Below are positions 55,801 through 64,000 of a stretch of DNA of 64,000 nucleotides, in pieces. Numbering within the stretch: the stretch's first letter is position 1; each line of letters begins with the position of its first letter. Under the pieces are notes generated by a model. It saw only the letters and a list, made by a program, of their open reading frames with translations, was not told the origin of the DNA and made no database searches. Source of the DNA: Euglena gracilis (taxonomy: Eukaryota); contig CP154954.1 of assembly GCA_039621445.1 (NCBI GenBank), positions 12,146,716-12,210,715 of the forward strand, read 5' to 3'. The translations under genes were made by a program, and so were the position numbers.

Positions 55801-57760
55801 CCTCCAATTCTTGCACATAAGTTCGGGGGGCAAAACTGTCACACTGTTGGGCAATAAAGTCGGAATAATTCAGGGAATCACCACTCAGTTGGAAAATGCG
55901 CTGTTGCGCTTCATGAAAAGAAGTTGCAAGGGTGGAAAACTGCTCCAATGTAATAAATTTTCCCAAATCGGGATATTTGGTGGAAGGTTCATGCAACCTT
56001 TGCTGTAATTGCAGAAAACATGCCGTAATTGGCTCCACTTGATCAGAAAAAGCCTGCAAACTATGTTGCAAATGGGAGAAATTTGAATTTTTGCAGGATT
56101 GTGTTTCACACACTGTCTCACTCACTTTTTGGAATTTTTGCGGCAATTGTGCCTGCAAATGTGTCTCAAAACTTTGGCGCAAATTTGTCAAATCCATACA
56201 AGGCAATGCAGGAAAAGGGCCCGTATGGGGTGGTGCTTGGAATTGTCCTATAGGACTTGGATCTGTGAGCGCATGGGGAGGTTGGATAAAACATGGTGTT
56301 TCTAACCAACACTCAACAAAAAAGTTGATGTGGCGCAACCGCCTCAGAATCAAATGTGCCTATCGGCATTAGTGCAAGATCTCGCTGGGCGGAATAGCTG
56401 TCAGCCGATCAGCTTTCCACCAAAAGGGGTTGTGCCCGTTGGGCTACAGGTTGCTCGATAGAGCTGGACACCGATAGGTGTGGTGGAAGTGGGGGAGCCC
56501 ATTTGGCGCGGGGATTGCGAGACACACACATGTAGGTGTGACCCACACTGAGAGGGGGGATTACCTGTTGGCGGCTCAACCGTTAGGCGTGGACCCCGTT
56601 GGGGTTGGGAATGCTCAATAGATCTGGGCATTTGGGTCGGGGGATGCTCAATAGAGCTAGGGAAGGGAACTATGGAGTGTGGCACACCTTGGACGGGGAA
56701 GTGCTCGATAGAGCTGAATGTGTCCCCCGATAGGGATGAACAAGCTTGTAGGAGCCTATACTCCTCCTGCAACAATGCATAACAATTGCTTCTCAAAGAA
56801 CTAGTCAATTCTTTGTAATCCATGAGAGTGTTGGTGCTTGAGCTCTGTATATTTTCGGTTTGCAGAAACAAACACAAGCAAACCCCAAAAGGTAAGCAAA
56901 GGAACAAACGTAGAAGGATGTGGCAGTGTATACTGCCCAGAGCCTCCTGAAGGTTGTACATGTGCTTAGAGGTTGGCTCCAAATAGCTCGTGGATGCTTT
57001 GTAGCCTATAGGATCAGCACCACTCACTGTTTGAAGTCACCCGTTAAGATGAGGGGGGGAGAAGGGGCGTAGGAAAGAAACCGAATCTGCTACCAAGTGT
57101 ACGTCCCTGACTCTATTCCCACTGCCTGTCAGCCTACTTAAACCCTCCCGTGGGAACAGAACCAGGAGAGTAGCAAAAAAAGTCTGTCACTTAACTATTA
57201 GTTTTTATTGCCTTCGGGCTTATGCACAAGGCAAACCAGGTTGTGATTTTGGAACTTCAGTTCCACAATGTTCTCCTATGGCAAATTTGATCTTGAAATT
57301 GCCTTTGATCAGGCTTTTGATGGCATGAATAAAATAATACCACCTGTGAAAGGAGGGGCAGATCCGAGATAGGATAGGCTATTCCTAATTCTGCAATTTG
57401 TATTGCAGAACCTGGAATAGTACTATCTGGCATGCCACTGTACGTTCTGCAGATTGCTGCTATGCACAGTGTCATGGTGTTAATGCTGCCTGGTATATAG
57501 GTAGCTGGTTGGGGAGGTTGGGGCTCCTACTCCAGAAGACGTTCCAAGTGTACACCATGTTGGGGAGTTTGTACTCGTTCGAACAAATGAATGGAAGCCA
57601 TTTTGAGAAACAAGGTGGAAACATTTTATGATTTACGAGCGTTTCCTGGTGCGGAAAACTTTTACGGACGACATATTCCAAGTTTTACGTTTTCGAAGGC
57701 ACAATTGACTGATAAGTTGAAGAAATATTGTGTGTCGTCATGGTCGAAATGGGGTTCCAG
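52880..57760 (+). pseudogene. Old Gypsy RT relic (52880-~53600, ~54030-54046, 57500-57760) split by later insertions
   Basis: KLKKQVEELVQA..FGSLTLIVAKK, CKWKMLPM, FFDD, ENCKFMKTELGY; resumes ..GWGGW.. and DLRAFPGAENFYGRHIPSF..QLTDKLKK. Confidence 0.65.
54047..57499 (-). mobile_element. 3.45-kb internally deleted LTR element related to the giant Gypsy family
   Basis: LTRs 57096-57499 and 54047-54457, PBS 57077-57095, PPT GGTAGGAGGA (54458-54467, -). Same termini TGTGTACCAGGCAG..GGGACGTA(C/A)ACT. ORF 55319-56353 is homologous to ORF 29306. No pol; TSD not clean. Confidence 0.9.
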
Positions 57761-58479
57761 TTCGGGTGCCCAATTAACACACCGGAGGGTGGTGCCATTC
57801 AGGGAGGGGTGTAGGATAGGGCGGCGGAACATGCATGCCCACGCCACACCGACACACCACCCGAGAGGATGGCGCAATTTTCCCAAGAAAGGGCCAAGGT
57901 AAAGTGACCCAAAAGTGGAGAAAGACGAAAGAGAATATGCACGCATAAACAGTAAACCACACCGAAAGAGAAAGAACCATCTCAATGATGTGCTCATGGT
58001 TGAGTTTGTACCACAAAAGAACCTTGACAAGACTTGGCTTGAACCAAGAACGAAGAGAGCCACTGACCAACCAACCCAAACCCCCAATCATCACTAAAAG
58101 CCCATTACTCTGAAAAAGTCTTACCTTTCTTACCATTCATATCTTGGTCTTTTTGTTTTGTGCGGAACACATTGAGTTTTATCGAGCCATGTTTTGTTCC
58201 ACCGTTCCATTCTTTCATAAAAAAAACCAGTGACATGTGTTTGCCTATCGACTTAAGTTCTAAAATGAGCAAAGTCATTTTCATGATCACGTTGGTGTGT
58301 GGATTTTGGGACAGCGTCCAAGCTCCCAAAAGGTGGAGATTGAACACCAAACGTATTTTCACGCAGTTTTGCACATCAGAAACGTGAGTGACGTCTGTCA
58401 CGACGGTGACATTTTTTCAGGTCCCTCTTGTTGTCTTTCTGCTTTGAACTTCTGGTGGAAGGACCTTATTTGGAAATTC

Positions 58480-59524
58480 AACTGTATCTTCGTGCTCTGC
58501 CTTCTAAGCTTGTGAAAAGGGTCGCACAAGGACGAAACAAGGAAACGCCTTCAGTTGCCAGGCCTCTGTGGGTCATGCCATTGGGACCATGCTGCATCCC
58601 ACTGTAACAGGGGGGGGGGGGCTCTGCGGTTATTCCCTTCCCTGAGGCTGCTGGTGCCGCTCGGAAGGGCTTTTCTCTGCCATTTAACTTTTCTCTTGTT
58701 GACAACCAGGTCTTTGCCTTGTTCAAGGCTTGGCCATCGTGCACCTTTTGAAGTTGAGCATACTTCTTGAACTTAAAACCTTCACCTGCGGACATTAAAA
58801 TACACGGTATTCCCTTCTGGTAATGGCCAGTGATGGAGGGGCAAGCGTTTAAAAAAAATTCAGGGTTGAAAAGAACAACCTTTGGCGTTGCTGATCTTCT
58901 CTACCTCCTTTTGGGACTTCAGGTCATCCGCAGAGAACAACTTCTTCCCCTTCTGTTCCACGGAGTGGGTCAGGGAGGCCTTCTTCCTCTGTTCGATCAA
59001 CCATCTGTCCATTTCCAGCAGCAATTGGAAGAACTGCTGACTCAACGCCGCCTTGTCAGCTTGCACTCCTTCGTGTATCATTGCATATATTATCAACAAA
59101 AATACAATTTCTTTGCTGGCTTGCCCGCAGCAGCTTGTCCACCTTCGGGGTGGAATTCTTACAGTGTTTGTCCTCCGGCTTGTACTTCAAGCCTTGTAAC
59201 TTGGGTAACCCTTCGAAAAAAGAACAGATATCCAAACTCAAAGATTCCGTTTGCTGCCGGAGCAGGACCTCCTCCAAGTCCGGTGGAAGGCTCTGGCGGG
59301 CATCCTCACACTCTAGGGGTTCCTCTTCCTCTTCGTTCTTTTCCTCGGGTTTTCGGTTTTTCCTCGTTTCCTCGATCGTCGCCTGCCCTCTGCCATGCGC
59401 GTCCAACGTCATCGCCGCGTCTCAAAGTTCTGCAGTGTTGGGGGGGGAACGTCGCGGACATTTTTCATTTGCTGCATTTTGATTTGAAAGATTCTTCTAA
59501 AAATCCTTGTCGTGTGGTGCACGC
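58480..59524 (-). pseudogene. DIRS ORF1 (gag-like) relic, host of element C; probably continues at 62978-63170
   Basis: LPPDLEEVLLRQQTESLSLDICSFFEGLPKLQGLKYKPE..DKLLRASQQR aligns by eye with element A ORF1 LPGDLERIWTQVQSGDLRLDVRSLLEQIPTWKTLKPKAE..DRTVCAVQQK. Confidence 0.7.
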
Positions 59525-62500
59525 AGACACCTCGGGCTCTGCACTTTGTCCTTGTGAGGCCGTGCCTTGTCGCCGGCGGTGTTGTGTGATTGTTCGCTGC
59601 GCTGTGTTAGGTGTCCCTGCTCGGTGCCTTTTTCGCCGGACAAGATGAAGCGAAGGACACGATGGAGCAGAGAGTCTGTGAGAGAGAGGGTGAGTGCATG
59701 CACCCCCCCCGTCCATTACATCTTGTAAAAGGTCAAAATCCAGGGGTACCAAGGGTTGTGAAACGTCCCACAACCCCCAACCAACCCCCAGAGAATCATT
59801 TGATTGGAGAGATAAATTCCATGTAGGAAAAGTGGGGGGACACTCACCTGCACCAGAGACTTCAAAAAAGTCTAAAACCGTGGTTCAAAAATGCCCCCCC
59901 AGCAAACTGCCAACTTTTAAAAGATGGAATTAAACCCCCTTGGGTCAAACCACCAAATTATCCACGCATCCAAAAACCAGAGCCAACCTAGACCTGAAAC
60001 AGGCAGAAAAAATCCTGCTGGATTACAAAAAAAACTGGGAGATGGTTCAGGATTCCGGAACCCAACATCTAATTCCCTGGTTCCTGATCTCAAAACCAGA
60101 GGGGGGCAAACAAAATGGAGGTTCATCAGCGACTGCAGGGAAATAAACCAAAAATTTCCCCTGAAAGCCTTCAAATTAGATCACATTCAAAACATTTTCC
60201 CAGTTTTGGAGAAAGGCCACTGGGCGGCCAAAATCGACCTGAAAGACGCATATTTTCAAAATCCAGTGAACCCAACCCTAAAACCTTTTCTCATGCATCA
60301 GGTGGGGGTGGCAAACCTGGGAATTCCAGGCAGGCTGTTTTGGCCTAAATGTGATGTCACAAATGTTTATTTAAGTGATGAAGACATTCGAAAAAGGGTG
60401 GAGGATAAAAGGAATCCAGGTTTTCATTTACACGTAAGGACATATTTATGGGTTGCCCAACTCAAAATACATTACAAAAACACTTGAACAGGGTTGTCAG
60501 AGACCTAATCGACTCGGGGTTCAAAATAAATGTCAAAAAGTCAACCTTGGAGCCCACACAGGTCGTAAACCAATTGGGCTTCCAGTTAAATTTCCAAGAT
60601 GGAAAATGACAAATTCCCCCCCAAAAAAGTGAAAACAATAAAAAAAGAGCTTGGGGAAATAGTGCAACAAGATTTCATGTCGAAAAGGCAGTTAGCTGCC
60701 ATTTTGGGCCAAATCAGGTGCAACCTCATGGGCGTACCCATTTTAAGGGCTTTCACGGATTCCCTAACAAATTTCTTGGTCAAAAAAGTCTGCAGCCCCA
60801 TGGAACTCAAAGCATTCCATTTCACAGGGAATAAAAGCCCAATTGAGGGAAATAAAAATGCTGGCCACCTTGGGTGTCAGACCTTTCTCCCAAAGCGCAA
60901 CAAGGGAGTTGCACTCAGACAGCAGCACCCATGCCTGGGGGGGGGGGGTCATTCATGCTTGAGAAATTGTCCAAGAGTTTTGGAGAGAAAACTCCATTTT
61001 ACATATTAATGTCAAAGAATTACGTGCAGCCATCAGCACAGTGAAAAGTCTAAGCAGGCCAGGGGAAATGGTGTCCCTTTCTGTGGACAATCAGGTAATT
61101 TATTATTACCTGACAAAAGATGTTTCAACAGCCATCTAAGGCCATTTTTCAAATGGTGCATGGGAAAAAAATTAAATCTACAAGTGAAATGGGTTCCTTC
61201 TCAGGAATGCTTAGCAGACCACATAAGCACGTGGGAGTCAGACACGGGGGATTACTCACTGGACCCCCATCTCTTTCAATGGCTAAGGCAGCATTTCCAA
61301 GATTTCATAAATTTGGAAACATATTTATTTCCCTCCCCAGGCAACAAAAAAACTTCCCAATTTTGTGACCAGATAGCACCACTGGGAGGCTAGAGCAGTG
61401 TATGTCCTCAAATGTTCCCTGGACAACATGGGAGGACTTTACGATTGAGAATACCACGATTGAGAATGTTTCCCCAGACCAAAGTTTTGATGGTAACCCC
61501 CTTTTGGGATTCAGCCACATGGTGACCCCAATTAAGAAAGATGAAAGTTCCAGGAACCCCCTACCTGAAACTCACGCCCTACATGGGCATGTTCAACAGT
61601 TGCATGGGGGAGAGAATTTCACCCCGCAGGTAGCCCCTCCTTTGGATGATTTGCTCAGGAAAACATTGGAGGGGAAACAAATACAGAATAAATCCATTGA
61701 CGATTTCCGGAGGAGAAACCCCAGTTTAAACCGTTATCAGAGTTCCTTTTCATTATTATGGGTTATTTGGACAAAATGGGGATACCCTCCCCTGAAGCCA
61801 CAACTGACCAAGTTGCTGACGCCTTAGTACAGTTATTTCAGTTTTCCAAGGCCCAGGCACGTAATGCCTACAGTGCTATGCTTTTAATTCTGGGTTTTGT
61901 GGGTTGAGCTTCCACACCAAGTTGGCCCCTTACAAGAGGCTTTGCAATCAAAACCTGGAAAAATATGGAGTTTTTGGGATCCCTTCCCAATCCTCCTGGG
62001 GCTGGCCCAAGCCCGCTCTCCCTCTGATATATGCACGTTGCGCATACAGCTTATTTTTTTCTCCGGAATTCTCTGTTTATATCCATCTTCTGATTTGGAG
62101 AGAATCAAACAAACAACCAGTGTGTTGGCGGCCTACATTAGCGCCCTACAAAAATTAAGCGTAAATGCAAGAAATTGCATAAATGGGAGAGAGGTGTTTC
62201 ACTTCCAAAGTGCCCACAGATAAGTCCCTTTCATTTAATGATGGCTTACATGGCTGCAACCCGATTTAACGTTAAGCCTGGGGGTCTCCTACTGATTTCA
62301 CTAAAACCCCCCTTCAAAGCCGTAAGTGCTGACACGATTGGTTCAATAACCAAGACCTTTTTATCCCAACATGGGGTACCCTCCCAGGTGTGTGCGGGCA
62401 CACTCCACCAGAGGGGCTGGAGTTGGTTTGCTCAAAAAATTGGGATTTTCTGCCCAAGAAGTTTGTGAAATTGGCCAGTGGAGGGGGATGGAAGCTTTTA

Positions 62501-62977
62501 CAGCCCACTGTCAACGACTTGGTGCCCAAGGTGCCCTGGAAACAGCCCTGGACCCCCTAATTTCAGTGCAGAATCAGGCCTCACAAGGGCAAAGTGCGGA
62601 GCCCGAGGTGTCTGGTACTCCCTCGAGGCAAACCCACAAAGGAGGAAGGGACACCGAGGGCGAAGCACAAAGACCTTATGAGCCCGACCCCCCCCACCCG
62701 TAAAAGAAAATTTGTGTTCAAAAGTCCTCGGTCAGCAAATAGGGGCCAGGGGGAGAGAAGGGGGGGACCCCCCCAAGGGACAAGAAGTCACGTGGCCAAG
62801 TCGGAGCTGCATCGTCAGCCAACTCCGGCGAGGCGGCACTGAGCAGGGACTCCTGACCCAGCGCAGCGAACAATCACACAACACCGCCGGCGAGCAAGGC
62901 ATGGCCTCACAAGGTCTTTGTGCTTCGCCCTCGGTGTCCCTTCCTCCCTTGTCGGTATGCATCGAGGGAATGCGAAA
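59525..62977 (+). mobile_element. DIRS1-like element C (family of B), ORF1 largely deleted
   Basis: Left end 59525-59630 is inverted to 62835-62910. ICR 62577-62683 is complementary to both ends. KWRFISDCR, IDLKDAYF, DSSTHAWGG, DYSLDP, HSTRGAG; frameshifted. Confidence 0.9.
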
Positions 62978-63176
62978 CCCAAACCACAACCCACTCGAGG
63001 TCCAAAGTGCCAAATGCTGTCGATGCCAAAATTCCCAAATTAACAAATTGTTTTGGGTTTAATCAGCAGCCCCATCCGGCACCGGGAAGACACGATACTC
63101 CATCATTTGCTGAAACTGCTGGCTGTCATTTTTGACCCATTACCAGAAAACATCCACTTTAAAAGACCAAGGGTGT

Positions 63177-64000
63177 AGACTATTCGGGATCCGCACTGCG
63201 AGATGGTGAGGTCCTGCTTTCCTTGCCGGCTGTTCTGTTCTGGTGTGTTTGTGTGTGCGCGGGGGGTGCTTCCTACTGCTTTTTGTTGCCGGAGTTGGCT
63301 GATTCCTAATTCTGCCCTTAGACCTCAAGGAGAAAGACTTTCAACTATACGAGTGCTGTCAATACAAAAGACAGAATACTTTCAAAAATCAAGCACGTGT
63401 TCAACGGACTTCAATGAAAGATGTGTTGGAAAAAATATCAGGCTGTCAAGAGGAAGTGGGAGCACGAGGAAGTTCAAGACAGACAGCTGAAGCTGGAAAA
63501 CGCCGAGGAGCTGCAAGCGCTGGAGAACATGATGGAGCAGGACCAAAATGTCCGTCTGTGGCCGTCGCTACCCTTCCACCCGTTCATCAGAAAATTCCCG
63601 TGTTCAACAAAACTTTTGTGACGGCCATGGACCCGGGACAATTGTGGCCAGAGCAAAGCGACGGAGAAACCATCACGGGCAAGGCTCATCCGGTCATGGG
63701 GACCCATCACAGTCATCCCTCAAGGAAACATTGCCAGGAGATGGAAGGTCTGTCAGACTTCCCATCGCTTTTCTCATCCCCACCCCTATGGCAGGGGAAA
63801 TATGACAAATTCAAAGAGTTCAAGTCAGGAATGTGGAGACCCTCCTCAAAATGGCCATGGAGATCTATCTTCAGGGCCCTGGGCCCAACTCCAAGGCTAT
63901 GGCAGCCATCTTCAAAAGGGCATGGTGCCCATTTTCAAGGACACAGAATCCAGATTCCCAGCAGGGGACCCCAGAGGGGAACGGTATGTCAAACTGTCCC
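63177..64000 (+). mobile_element. 5' end of another DIRS1-like element (runs out of the window)
   Basis: Begins AGAC..TCCGCA..GTGAGGTCCTGCT like element A's 5' end. GGAGTTGGCTGATTCCTAA is shared with B. ORF1-like EELQALENMMEQDQNVRLWPSLPFHP. Confidence 0.7.

Noticed and set aside
54040-57506. TSD for the 3.45-kb LTR element
   Set aside because: Flanks GGATGCT vs GGTAGCT are similar but give no exact 4-6-bp duplication
57900-58400. Short convergent ORFs with KTWL words
   Set aside because: Too short and decayed to assign to any family

Overview
Eukaryotic nuclear DNA, very probably euglenid (Euglena-like). Short GC-rich exons are separated by a mix of GT-AG introns and non-conventional introns whose ends base-pair (CAG/CGG/TGG at +4..+6, CTG/CCG/TTG at -8..-6). 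1-23 kb is genic: the 3' part of a coiled-coil protein gene (5 exons reconstructed, 147-3370) and a many-exon GT61/DUF563-like glycosyltransferase gene (~8.3-22.6 kb), with introns full of MITE-like repeats and microsatellites. 24-64 kb is a nested retroelement cluster. DIRS1-like element B (24501-51366) contains DIRS1-like element A (25019-47213), which is inserted on the catalytic Arg codon of B's tyrosine recombinase. A in turn contains a 17.65-kb chromodomain Ty3/Gypsy element (27924-45572; 5-bp TSD, ~99% identical LTRs). That Gypsy element carries a DIRS-type adenine-methyltransferase-like domain between protease and RT, a long coiled-coil 5' extension, and a ~5.5-kb Cys/His-rich extra ORF after the integrase, and it ends TG..CT. 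Further right are a deleted relative of it (54047-57499), a Gypsy RT relic and more DIRS copies. The best leads are (1) this cargo-carrying Gypsy family and (2) a CAG..CTG MITE with a perfect 8-bp TSD whose geometry matches the euglenid non-conventional intron consensus (3+5=8 nt). All calls are by-eye motif and frame reading; no searches were run.
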